A stretch of DNA of 64,000 bases from Malacoraja senta (taxonomy: Eukaryota), in NCBI GenBank assembly GCA_038087875.1, contig CM075989.1, positions 7,876,001 through 7,940,000 on the forward strand. The letters are read 5' to 3'. Within the stretch, counting starts at the first letter, position 1. The number at the start of each line of letters is the position of its first letter. Below, piece after piece: positions 51,346 through 63,690 of the stretch. The position numbers and the translations under genes were made by a program. Below the pieces are notes generated by a model. That model was not told the origin of the DNA. It did not search any database and worked only from the letters and a program-made list of their open reading frames with translations.

Positions 51346-51675
51346 CCTTCTCTCCAGAGATGCTGCCTGTCCCGCTGAGTTACTCCAGATCGCGGAGTCA
51401 GGGGATATGGGGAGAAAGCAAGAACGAGGTACTGTTTGGGGATGATCAGCCATGATCACATTGAATGGCGGTGCTGGCTCGAAGGGCTGAATGGCCTACT
51501 CCTGCACCTATTGTTTATTGTGTCTATCTTCAGTATAAACCAGCATCTGCCGTTCCTTCCTTCACCTGCCTTATAATAACCGTTGATGACACTAGCTTGG
51601 ATGCTGTTTTCACCATCATTTCTTCTGCAGGATCCACTGATTAAAGTATCATCTCCTGGTTCTGTTTTCCCTCAG

Positions 51676-51779
51676 ATGTCCTCCCAGCAACAGGCAACCC
51701 GAAGTTCCACCAAGCAGGCTCGGACACGAAGCGTCCTGCAACTGAGCGACTGGGCAGCGAGGAGGTTTTCTACTGTTGA
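51676..51779 (+). CDS. AKAP13: AKAP13 last coding exon with stop codon
   Basis: cctcag|AT GTC...TAC TGT TGA; DVLPATGNPK...LGSEEVFYC*, matching the Lbc-family C-terminal EEIFC-type motif. Confidence 0.92.
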
Positions 51780-51840
51780 GCTATCCTGCACTAGGACTGG
51801 ACTGGCACCTCGGGTGTTTGGGGAGGGAGTGGGAGGAGGG

Positions 51841-51875
<35 letters not shown>

Positions 51876-54800
51876 GGCCGGCATTGCTGCAATGCCTCTG
51901 TGTGGGTGTCTTCAGTTGGTCCAACCTGAAACCACCATGTCTTCCTCCACTTCTAGTTGTGAAGGTTTTGCTCCAAGTGCAGGCAGAACCTATCAATATA
52001 TTTAGTTGGTGCAATGACCTCTCTGCACAACAAAAGCACTAAAAAAGAAAAGTGAAGTCTGCGGGCAAAGATTTAATGTCCCAACTGCCGTTGGGTGTGG
52101 ATGGAGATAAAATTCAATCGGGAAGTGAAATGTTCACCACTGTTTTCTGTTCTGTTAAGTTCGAACATTGGAACTGTAACAAACCAAGAGGCTGCGGCTC
52201 CTTCTAAGTTGTGTCAGGAGAGAATTCCTCCTGTATTACCTCCGTCACTGGACTTAAGGTGCTGTGTCACACTTCCGAGGAGGTGGATTCAGAGTATGAC
52301 ATCTGACTGGTTTGATTTAAGCTTTTGATGTCTCCCGCAGCGAAAAATCACAGAAGATCCATGTAACAAACTTGGTGAACAGCGCCTGCTGCATTATTCA
52401 CCCCTCATGAAAGGACTTTCACCACCAGATCCCAACGTACTCTCTCCTGGCACAAACTGTGAGGAATGACAGCGCCTCTGTGCTAATTGACCTATAGTCC
52501 AGTGAGAATGCTCCACTCCCCCCGTTCACTGAAGTGGCATCCACACACTGTGGGCATTGGTGGAGAGAGAGCTCCTGATGCTTTTAAATCTACCCGACCA
52601 AAATGATCTGACCTTGCGGAAAATAAGGGTGACTAAAATCGGGCAAGCTGCAGAGGCCAGAGAGTGAAGTACCGGCTAAATATCTTTCTTATCATTTCCG
52701 GTGTTGCTGGGAAGAAAAATCTCTCTACAACGCACCACGGGGTTATAAATGTAAATAGCATTGTCACGTGTGCAATGGCTTTTAATGGAAGTGCGATTCT
52801 CCCTTTTGAGGGAGACAACGATTCTGAGGTTTGTTCTTCCCCCCTCCAAAATGTTAATAGTTTAAAAAAAATTGAGGGGGAAAAACAACTTCAAATGTTA
52901 GTGTAAAATTAAATCCTGAATGTATAATGTTTTTAAAAAGCAAAAATTGTACAGTTGCAAGGGTGGAATGTGTCCACAAAGGTTTATACTTGATTTCTTT
53001 TACTTTTATATCCATTTTATTAGAATGCTGATTGGGATATTTTAATTGCCTTCGTTTGGATCATCTCAATTCCGAAAATGTACAGTCTTTGTCTGGACTG
53101 CTTATAATTTGAGGGGAGGGTTAGACCAAGGTGTAGCATGTCAGGTACAAGTCTGTCTTCTCTGGAGCCTGGCTTTAAATCCAACCCAGGCTGACGGGGG
53201 TTAGGATGTCCAGTCCACTTAACGGAGTCCAGTGTGGAATGTGCTTCATCAACTACACAGTATAAAGTTACCTGTGACTTGGCATTAAACGGGGAAGTCT
53301 CACTCACTCGCGCACACTGTTGATAACTGATCTGGGGCAAATGGAGAGGTGCCACAGGGAGAGCTTTGACCAGGAGGCCTAGCTCTTTGTGCAGACATTC
53401 CCATGCATCCTTGAGACTTGGTCAGGCACCTGTCAGGGTTCCATCCCGCAGCATCGTGTGGGGCAAGGGCTCGCTGTAACCACTGACCACCTTCACATTC
53501 TCAAAGGCACCTCATGAAGGAGCACTGGACGGTTTCTTGAGTACTGTGTAGGAAGGAACTGCAGATGCTGGTTTACACCAAAGATAGAGACAAAGTGCTG
53601 GAGTTACTCAGCAGGTCAGGCAGCATCTCTGGAGAAACGGTATCGGTGACGTTTCGGGTCAGATTGAAGAAGGGTCTCGACCCTTCACGTCACCTATTCT
53701 TTTTCTCCAGAGATGCTGCCTGACCTGCTGAGTAAGTCCAGCATTCTGTGTCTATCTTCTTGAGTACTGTGTTGTGTTAAAGTGCGGGTTACGTTGAACA
53801 AGGTGAGAGGCCATGAGGGGGGAGGGGGGAGCGGGGCATAGGGGAGAGGAGAATTTGCACTGTTTCGTTGTAGCGGGACCAGAATCACCCAGTTTTGCAT
53901 TTGCCTTCATATCTCTGCCTTGCGGGAAGGAACTGTAGCCGCGAGGAAAGGAAATGGCCAGATCCACAGAATGAGAAGCATAGAGCGGTTCCTGTGGAGC
54001 CCCAGGTTACTTCTCACATTAGATTGTTTAAGATTGAGTTGTGTCTTTCGAGTTGGGTACAGACAGACAACAGCAGGCTGTTCAATTGGATTCCATGAAC
54101 TCATGGTGAATTTGTGTTGTCTAGGACCGCTAACTCACGGAACCAACAATGGGTTGACTTAAAAACGTGGCCACACCTCACCACCGGCCTATTTTGAAGG
54201 GTCATCATCTGAGTATGGTTTGATGCCAAGAAGCACTTTAAAGGAAAAAAAAATGTTTAAAAAAAATATTCATACACTGTGGAAATATTTCTTATTGCTT
54301 TAATCCGAAAACAATTCCAATTCCATGATGTATGTTTTATTATTGTGGTTTCTCAAAAGCAAATGTCAGGGAAATATTTCACTCGCGTTTGAATGTGCAA
54401 TGGCATTTCAGTTTTGGTTCTGTCTCCAATACCAATGGGAATGGGAATGCGTTTTACCAAATACCTAGTCTGCATGGAGAGAGTCCAAGCAGAGAACAGG
54501 AATTAATGCTTTCAACACATTCTGTGGTCAAGTTTCCATTTTATAACCTCAAGGCACTGCTAAAAATTACAGAAATGTTATTTTTAATACTTGTATAGAA
54601 TTTTTCTTCCACTTTTTTTGTGGATTTTGATTTGATTATTTAATTATAGAAAGGGTCAGTGGGTTTTTTTCTGGGGTGTGATCTATCTCACACATTGATC
54701 TTATGTTTGTGTGGCTCCCAGCCCTTAGACTGTTGAGGAAAGTTCAATGTAAGACAGTTGTTCAGAAACCCAGCCCTGCTAAGTCTATGTCTGTCCCACC

Positions 54801-56960
54801 CCAGAAAACGATTCCTGCCTGGTACTTCCATTAAATGTTCTTATCTCCCCCATCTCCTCCACCATCTCCCCCCCTCCTCCTCTCTTGAAAGGTACTAACT
54901 CATGCTGGGTCACGGTTTCCATGGATACTGGTTGGTCGTCTCATCCAGCCATCCACTTCTTTCTTATCCAAACCCTGGTTGGTGTAGGAGCATTCAACCC
55001 TTAAGGCAGTTACATCCAAGGAAGAGGAACCTCTCTCACCTCATCCCACCCCACCCGATTCCACCACCCGCCCCTCCCCATGTCCATAATGAGTGGCAGA
55101 AACAGAAATGTGGAATAAATGGGTTGCAACGGTCACCTGCGTGGTAACACCTTACGCACATGAATAATGCACGTTGTACAACTTCTGAAGGAAGGGGGGA
55201 TGCCCCAACTGAGGGAGTTGCCATGGCATTGGTATTTGGCCAGTGAACGCGTTCTCTTGCCACTGGAATAGAGATGGCAGTGAACACAGATATGACCACT
55301 CAATGAGAACCACTCAGGCATGAGGGGGATCACCCAGGAGTCCGTGCCGCTGGGCTGTTGATTAAAGCACGTTGACTGAAAGAGATTTCAATGCGAGGGC
55401 TATTACTATTCGGAGGTGGATGGGGTTAGGGGAAGGCATGTACACCAGAGACTTGTCCCCGATACCCCCCTGTATTAAAATGCATGGGAGTCTTTAGCAC
55501 AGACAGTTTAATGTTTCTATCACAAACCTGAGTTGTTCGTGCTCCAGGTGAGCTTTACTACAGCAGCTGTCTCTACCCCACACTTCCCATAATGTTCTTT
55601 TTAAACCATGTTTGGGACATCCAATAAACAAATCACTAATTCCAGCACTGGCCAGTTTAGTCAACGTGCAATATTTCAATTTGGAAACAGATTGTGTCCG
55701 TAGGAACTGTCTTTAGGTGACACCTTCTCAAATATCCACTGCCCATTCGATATTGAACCACAATAAGGGTTCATTTTCCCCTGTGAGCTTGGTATTTTCG
55801 ACCGGAGGGGTTCTTTGTGCTTTGGAACTCCCTGCCCACTATCAGGCATTCTCCCACATCCCAAAGACACACGGTTCGTTTAGTTGGTTAGCTCCTGTAA
55901 ACTGCCCCAAGTGCATCAGTGAGTGAAGGAATCTGCAGGGAGTTTAGGGCAATGTGGGGAGACCAGCAGGAGAAGGTTTGCTACTGATTAGAGCAAATCT
56001 CACCATTATTTTTTTTTAAACAATCTCTCCATTATTGCCATGTACTGATTAATCCATCGTTAATTTAACGGGCTTCACTTGTTTTGAGTTTGTGTGCACA
56101 AAATTGCACGGGATGCAAACTGCCAGCAACCCATTCATCCACACATCATCAGACACATGATGCAGATGTAACACTTGTTTTTTTCTTTAAAAAAAAACAA
56201 GCTTTAAGAGTTCATAGACATAATTTATTTTTATTAGTTTTGAAAAAATTATTTTTCTTTGCCAGTAGCTTTGCTTCTGTGGATTTGGAGAAGGATTTTG
56301 ATTAATCACGGGTGATTTTGCAAGGTTTTTTTTAAATGAATGTTTAAATTCTCTCGATGCACTGTAAATTTGGTAAATGCATAACCCGTTCCTTCTCCTG
56401 CCCCCCATTATATTCCTCGACCATAACCCAATTTCGAAAGGGCTACTAGATGTACACATTCCATGAGAACTCCCTGAAACATCCTGGACTGACCAGCCCG
56501 GACAGAGACGAGTGGAGTCGCAGGAATCTTACCGACCTGTTTTGATTCCAGCCCCCAGAGTCCCCACCCTGGTCCCCATTTTCAATGCCGTTTAACCTGC
56601 TCAATTCAGCCACGGCTGCCTTGTACGGAAAATGCATATGCACTAACTGAATTGTGGAGCGCTCAGGATCTCTCCCAAGCATTTTATATACCTCTCTGCT
56701 TACAAAAAAAAAGGGTTCCTGAGGATTAACTTCTACTGAGGTACACCGTGTATTTTTTCTTGATTCTCTGTGTAAAGAAAAAGTGAAAACCTAATTATTT
56801 TATCTATGATGTAAAGTAAAAAAATGAAAAATGTAAACAGTCACATTCTGAAATGGGTTTTTTTGTAATTATGCTTTTATTTATCACTTGTTTTCCCGTT
56901 TTAGATTATAAGGCAATGTTAAATTTTCCCCATAATAAACATATACACCACAAATCGACT
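51780..56960 (+). other. Probable long 3' UTR of AKAP13
   Basis: Follows the stop; repeat density drops sharply until SINEs resume at ~56983; AU/U-rich blocks; AATAAA at 55114, 55623 and 56934. Confidence 0.6.
56934..56939 (+). promoter_or_regulatory. Candidate distal polyadenylation signal
   Basis: AATAAA at the end of an AU-rich, repeat-poor tract, followed by a U-rich stretch. Confidence 0.5.
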
Positions 56961-56982
56961 TAATACAATCTCTTCTTTTATG

Positions 56983-57275
56983 TCACGGTGGCGCAGCGGT
57001 GGAGTTGCTGCCTTACAGACACCAGACACGGGTTCGATCCTGTCTACGGGTGCCGTCTGTATGGAGTCTGTACGTTCTCCCCGTGACCTGCGTGGGTTTT
57101 CTCCGGGTGCTCCGGTTTCCTCCCACACTCCAAGGACGTACAGGTTTGTAGGTTAATTGGCTTGGTAAAATAGTAAATTATCCCAAGTGTGTGTAGGATA
57201 GAACTAGTGTGAACAGGTGATTGCTGGTCAGCGCGGACTCGGTGGGCCGAAGTGCCTGTTTCCGCGCTGTATCTA
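56983..57275 (+). mobile_element. HE1-like SINE
   Basis: tcacggtggcgcagcggtggag...ggttcgatcc... Confidence 0.8.
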
Positions 57276-57637
57276 CTGCTGTAAACTGCTGCATTATTCC
57301 TCTTTATTCTGTTCCTGGGAGCAAACCCAACATTTGCCACCAGGTGGTAGTGATGAGCTCCCGGGTACCTGCAACAGTGTTGACATCCTGTAAAGATGGC
57401 CAAGATGTTTCACAGGGGCAATATCAAAAATCTACTTGCAGCTAGACTCTGGAAATATTCAAGATGCTTCCACTGCAGTTTGGATAATGAGTACATTTTC
57501 TAAGATTTCTTATCAGAAAGCACAAAACTGCAATATGCTGGGAATCTCGAAATACTGAACAAATCAAGCTGTTTGAGGCGAGCGACTCGGGTAAAATATT
57601 GGTCTATGTGTTCAATGGTACTTCATTGTCCATATTA

Positions 57638-57925
57638 AGGGCGGCAAGGTGGCACAGCGGTAGAGGTACTGCCTTATAGCGCCAGAGTTCAATCCTGACT
57701 ACGGGTGCTGTCTGTACGGAGTTTGTACGTTCTCCCTGTGACCGCGTGGGTTTTCTCCGGGAGCTTTGGTTTCCTCCCACACTCTGAAGACGTACAGGTT
57801 TGTAGGTTAATTGGCTTCAGTAAAATTGTGAATTGTCCCTCGTGGGTAGGATAGTGGTTGTGTGCAGGGTGGTCGGCGCAGACTCAGTGGGCTGAAGGAC
57901 CTGTTAACGCGCTGCATTTCTAAAG
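57638..57925 (+). mobile_element. HE1-like SINE
   Basis: gggcggcaaggtggcacagcggtagag... Confidence 0.8.
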
Positions 57926-58236
57926 TCAAGTCAAGTGTTTTATTGTCATATGTCTCAGATAGAACAATGAAATTCTTACTTGCTGCAGCACAACAGAATA
58001 TGTAATCATAATAAATAATATAACAAAAACTCAGAAAAAAAGAACAAACAATAACTGCAATAATAATAATAATAATAATAGTCTATTGTAGTTCATAGCT
58101 TATGAGATTGTAGTGTTTAATAGCCTGATGGATGTAGGGAAGAAGCTGTTCCTGAACCTGGACGTTACAGTTCTCGGGCTCCTGTACCTTCTTCCCAATG
58201 GCAGAGGTGAGATGAGTGTGTGGCCAGGATGGTGTA
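57925..58236 (-). mobile_element. Rex1/Babar-type LINE 3' fragment
   Basis: HHPGHTLISPLPLGRRYRSPRTVTSRFRNSFFPTSIRLLN on the minus strand plus 3' tail. Confidence 0.7.
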
Positions 58237-58624
58237 TCTTTGCTCGTGTACCTAGGTACAGTGAAATTATTTTTTTTACATACAGTTCAGTTGAAGTTTT
58301 ATTACATATAGGCACAATATTATTATTACATATAGTACAAGAGTGTAAGTGGATTACGCTGAAGGAGTACAGAAGAGCCACTACATTCCTGCCGCCAATT
58401 TGTACCCTTCACGTTCGTGTAGTCTTAACTATAAAGGCCCATTGTCGGGGTTAGGGTTGCAGAGGTCAACCTGGTCAGACGATGTTGTCGATGTCCTCCA
58501 CTGCTGCCCGGCACCGTTGCAGGCTGCATCCCATCCGCATGTTCAGCTTCTAGGAGCGGCGCCTGATGCGCTCGAGCCCCAGGCTACTGCAGGGCCTCCA
58601 GCGGCCCACTCCACCAACACCTCG

Positions 58625-59200
58625 ACACGGCTCTATAAAGTGCTGGTCAGGCCACATTTTGAGTACTGTGAGCAAATTTGGGCCACCATATCTGAGGAAG
58701 GATGTGCTGGCTCAGGAGAGGGTCTAGAGGTTTACAAGAATGATTCCAGGAATGAGTGGGTTGGCATATGATGAACGCTTGACAGCACTGGGCCTCTGGT
58801 CGCTGGAGTTTAGAAGGGGGAGGAACCTCATTGAAACACAGAATAATGAAAGGAATAGATGCAGTGGATGTGGAGAGGATGTTTCCACTGGTGGGAGAGT
58901 CTAGGACCAGAGGTCATAGCCTCAGAGTTAAAGGGCACTCTTTTAAAACGGAGGTGAGGAGGAACTTCTTTAGTAAGAGGGTAGTTAATCTGTGGAACTC
59001 ATTGGCACAGAGAGCTGTGGAGGCCAAGTCAGTGTCTATTTTTAAGGCAGAGATAGACAAATTCTTGATTAGAACGGGTGACAAGGGTTATGGGGCGAAG
59101 TCAGGAAAATGGGATGAGGTGGCAGAGGTCAGCCATGATTGAATGGCGGAGTGGACTCGATGGGCCGAATGGCCCAATTCTACTCCTATAAACGTGTGAA
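58625..59200 (+). mobile_element. CR1-type LINE 3' end
   Basis: LYKVLVRPHFEYCEQIW...RTRGHSLRVKGHSFKTEVRRNFFSKRVVNLWNSL. Confidence 0.82.
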
Positions 59201-59987
59201 CTTATGGCACGTTGACCCACCAACGCACCTTCCCATCGTCTCACTGCTCAGCCTACGTGCCCGGTGCTGGGGAATGGGCTTGGAATGGACCTTCCATCAT
59301 CGACCTCAGAACACTCAGAGCACCTACGAGGATGACGGAGGTGATTCCAAGCCCATTCCCCAGCAACGATCCTCTCCTCTGTCCCTCACCGCCGCCATCT
59401 TGATCGTTGCTCAGTCCTTTGCTCAAGACTCCCAGCTCATGTGTCTCGAAACAGGTAATATTTTTAGTAAATAATCTTTTATTAGGTGAAAAGTTCAGAA
59501 GCAGCTGACGCATTAATACCGTTTCTGTATTTCCTCTCTGCAGACATTTTGAGGACTTCTGACATTTTGTATTTTTATGTCATTGACTCCTTGCCCGCGT
59601 TAATCAATTCCAAGAATGTCTATGTTCCAGAAGTGAACTGAAATAAATGGTCTTGGCCTTTGATATCAGATAGTGGGCCACTCGCAGGCCAATGGGGGTA
59701 TGGGGAGGGTGGAGAAGAGTTCTAGCCATGTATGTTAGCAGAGAGCAGTTGGGAGCTCCCTGGACTGGAACCCATGACCTTCTGATTCAGAGGTAAATGT
59801 GCTACCAGCTGAGCCACAAACAACTGCAAAGAGTTGAGCTAACGTTGACTTATTTTATTGGGAGGAATAATCAAGTGACATGCTGAGATGATCATTGATA
59901 TAGGACCAGATATAAATAATGGCAGATCTTGTCCAACTCCAGGATGCTTACAGAAGGCAACAGGACACTGGGAAAGAGAAATCGCAA

Positions 59988-60290
59988 GAGCACAATGGCG
60001 CAGCGGTAGAGTAGAGCCTTACAGCGATAAAGACCTGGGTTCAATCCTGACTGTGGGTGCTATCTGCATGGAGTTTGTATGTTCTGTTCCTGTGACCACA
60101 TGGGTTTACTCCAGGTGCTTCAATTTCCTCCCACATTCCACAGACGTGCAGGTTTTTATGCTAATTGGCTTTGGTAAATTACCCCTAGTGCACAGGATGT
60201 AAGACTGGGATACATAGATCTATGGTATGGGTGATCGCTGGTCAACGGGCACTTGGTGAACTGAAGGGCCTGTTTCCACACTATATCTCT
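59988..60290 (+). mobile_element. HE1-like SINE
   Basis: Same family. Confidence 0.72.
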
Positions 60291-61066
60291 GAACTATTTT
60301 GTTGCTTTTTCTCTCTTTGGTATATGTGTCAAGTAAGAAAAAATATCCACCCCCTGCTCTCCTCACCCCTCCCAATATGTCTTAAGAATGACATTTTGGA
60401 ATCATTGGTCGGGCAATCTTAAAATCACTTCATTTGCAGCCGACAATGGGGACTTTTATCTAATCATTCAGGCAGGATTGAGAACATAATCCAGTCTCTC
60501 AGCCTCCCACACAACCTTGAAAGTGTGCAACAACGCTGGGGCCTAATTACTGAGTGAGACGCGTTTCCCAGAGTTGGCACAACTTCAAGTGATTGTGAAT
60601 AATTTATCATTCTTCCTCTGAATTTTTCTCATTCTCCTGTGAATTCGCAGACAACATGGGATGAATAAATCTAAATCAATACTTCTTCTGTCTCCAAAAT
60701 CAAAATCAACGTTGATCAGCTCTTTGCAGATGAAATCCCTGGGTGGGAAATTCTCATCTCTGTAGTCTTTGTGTTTTGGTGTTTGTTGGGTGTGTGAGTG
60801 CGTGGGTGAGTCTGCACTTGTATAAATGATCTACGTGCTATTATGTATATATACCTGCATTTTAAGCATGAGTTTATATGCATGGGGCTGTGTATGTTCA
60901 AGCACACCTAGAATTGTAAATAGCTATCGCCCATCAAATCTCTGCCTACTCCTGCTAAAACAACCCCATCCTTCACCTTGCTCCAGAACTTTCCTGCATT
61001 TACATTTTCTTGTGTTCTCTCAAGCCTCCCTCACCCTTCAGTACCTTCTGTAAGAGTGCATCCTTG

Positions 61067-61285
61067 AGGGCCTGTACCACTGTATGAGGTAATTCAAGAG
61101 TTCTCCCGAGTTTTCCCCTGATTCGAACTCGGAGAATGTTCGCAGTGGGTCCGTAGGAGTTCGTGGATGTCTCGTAGCGGCTCGTACGAGTAAAAAGTTT
61201 TTTTTTAATTCATCACAAGTATTTTTTTACTCGTGGACATTTTTGACTGTTGAAAAAACGTCACGAGTTTACCGGATTTCCCATG
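61067..61285. mobile_element. Truncated MITE-like element, one TIR only
   Basis: Starts AGGGCCTGTACCAC; CpG-rich interior; no matching right TIR seen. Confidence 0.5.
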
Positions 61286-61331
61286 TACCTACCGATCTTT
61301 CCACCTCACAGCTTCCCCATTTCTACTTGTA

Positions 61332-61364
61332 CTCCTCTCTCCCTCTCTCCCTCTCTCCCTCTCT

Positions 61365-61407
<43 letters not shown>

Positions 61408-61437
61408 TTCTTCTCTCTTCTCCCTCTCTCTCTCCCT
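61332..61437. repeat. (CT)n-type low-complexity tract
   Basis: Direct reading. Confidence 0.9.
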
Positions 61438-62208
61438 CGGTCACTTGAATCAAGGTTGACTTGCTTCTAAGATCTGAGTGTGGGAGTCACAAATGGGGCA
61501 AGAGGTCCTCAATGGGGCAGGTGGATGGGGAGGTTGAGAGATTCTGCCATTTACGCTCCGCTTGTTCCAAGATCACTGTGTTCCTCCAATTCTCCCTCCT
61601 ACTAATCACTCGTCCATTGGCAGCCATGTCTTCAGCTGCCACGGCCCCAATGCTTCAGGATTCTCTCCCTAAACCTCTCCACCTCCCTACCCCTCTCAAA
61701 CATGTTCTCAAGATGACCAAGCTTTTGATTGTCTGTCCTTAAAGCCTCCCTATGTGGGTCAGTGTATTTTTTTGTTGAACAATGCCCCTTGGGCTATCTG
61801 CATTAACGGCACTCCATGGTTGAAAGCTGCTGAGTTGGTGCCGTGTTATAAAGAATAGCCTTCAATCCATAAAGCGAGTGACTAAAACTGTGCCATCTCC
61901 CACTTGCTGAAACATGTCCTTGGGCCTTTGAAGAAAGCAACCAATAATCTCTTCTCTTTCTTTCAAGCCTTAAGCTATATTTTTTGCTATCAAACAGGTG
62001 TTTTCAACACTGGGAAAAAAAACACTTGGAACTGTTGGCATCAGCAAAATCCTGTGTGTAGCTGGCAAACAAGCCTCCAAGCAACTTTTCCCTTTGATGT
62101 TACTATTGTGCTAGTGTTGTAATAATGACTCGGAGTACTTTCTATATCAGTGACCTATTTTCAATATCATCAAGAGCACAGATTATTTACGCAGTAGAGA
62201 CATCTTCA

Positions 62209-62475
62209 GGCCGCACAATGGTGGAGCTGCTGCCTCACAGCGCCAGAGACCCGGGTTCAATCCTGACCTCAGGTACCGTCTGTGTGCAGTTTGCACGTTC
62301 TCCCTGTGACCGCATGGGTTTCCTACCGCATCCCGAACACGTGCGGGTTTGCAGATTAATTGGTCTCTGTAAATTTGTGGATACCAAAGCAGGACAACAT
62401 GGAACTAGTGTGAACTGGCAATCAATGGTCAGCTTGGACTAGGTGGGCCAAAGGGCCTGTTTCCATGCTGCATTT
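62209..62475 (+). mobile_element. HE1-like SINE
   Basis: Same family. Confidence 0.72.
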
Positions 62476-63404
62476 CTCTTCAATTCCATTCTCTCCCCAA
62501 ATCAGATGCACCAACTTGAAAATATGCCGTCCTCAGCTATTTTTCACTATTGTGCCTCCAAAATTTAATTCTGGTTAATAATTATGAGGATTTCCTTCTA
62601 AATGTCATCAGAGTAAACCCTTATGTGACCAGTCCTTGCTCCTAATCACGAGGCAGACAAGGTATTGTAGCTTTAATCAGTAACCACCAGAATGTGTGAT
62701 GACCTACTCATTGTGTTGAATCCACTCCAGTAGCCTTGGGTCAAGGTCCTTGTCCAACCTGGTCTTGCTCCAAACATCTTTACATAAACGTGGATGTCCT
62801 GGAATCTGATTGATGTCACCGTCTGTCTGTCAGGAACATTTACTTGCTGTGGAACACTAATCAAGTATTGTCTTTCCACGGACTGGTTAGCACGCAAGAA
62901 AACCTTTTCACTGTACACGTGACAATAAACTAAACTCAAACGGAAACCTTGAAGGATAGAAAGTATGAAGATAGACACAAAAAGCTGGAGTAACTCCAGA
63001 CTGGTCTGAAGAAGGGACTCGAACCGAAACATCACCCATTCCTTCTCTCCAGAGATGCTGCCTGTCCCGCTGAGTTACTCCAGCATTTTGTGTCTATCTT
63101 CGGATTTAACCGGCATCTGTAGTTCCTTCCCACACAGGATAGAAAGTATGTTCTCTTTGGTCAGTTGTTGGTGTTTATCACTGTGTTGAAAGAGTACTCT
63201 GTTTACGTACCTGGTGTGCGGCTGCAAGCAAGAATTTTAATGCTCAGTTTTGGGAAATATGACAATAAAACTCTTGCCTCTCTTGGGGGTTGAGCATCTC
63301 AGAAATTTGAGTTGATATACTGACACTTCTGCAACAGATCGAAGAAACATCTTGGATGACCTGACCTGACCTGAGCCCAACACATGGATGCATCCTGAAG
63401 GTAT

Positions 63405-63690
63405 GCCAGCGACTCTATTTTCTTAGATGTTGAAAGAGATTTGGCCTGTCACCAAAATCTCTAACAAATTTATACAGATGTCGAAAGTATCCTGACTGGT
63501 TGTATCAACACCTGGTACGGGACCTTTGATAAACAGGAACACAGGAGATTCCAGAAAGCGGTGGACTCAGCCCGGTTATGCCCTCTTTTTCATGTTATAT
63601 TGTTGCTATCATCAGGCAGGAGGTACAGAAGCCTGAAGTCCCACTCTACCACAACTACTTTCCTATAACTGCCAGGTTCTTGAACTGTGT
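63405..63690 (+). mobile_element. Degenerate Rex1/Babar-type LINE fragment
   Basis: Degenerate RLYFLR...ESILTGCINTWYG...QKAVDSA and SGRRYRSLK...FPITARFLN motifs. Confidence 0.6.
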
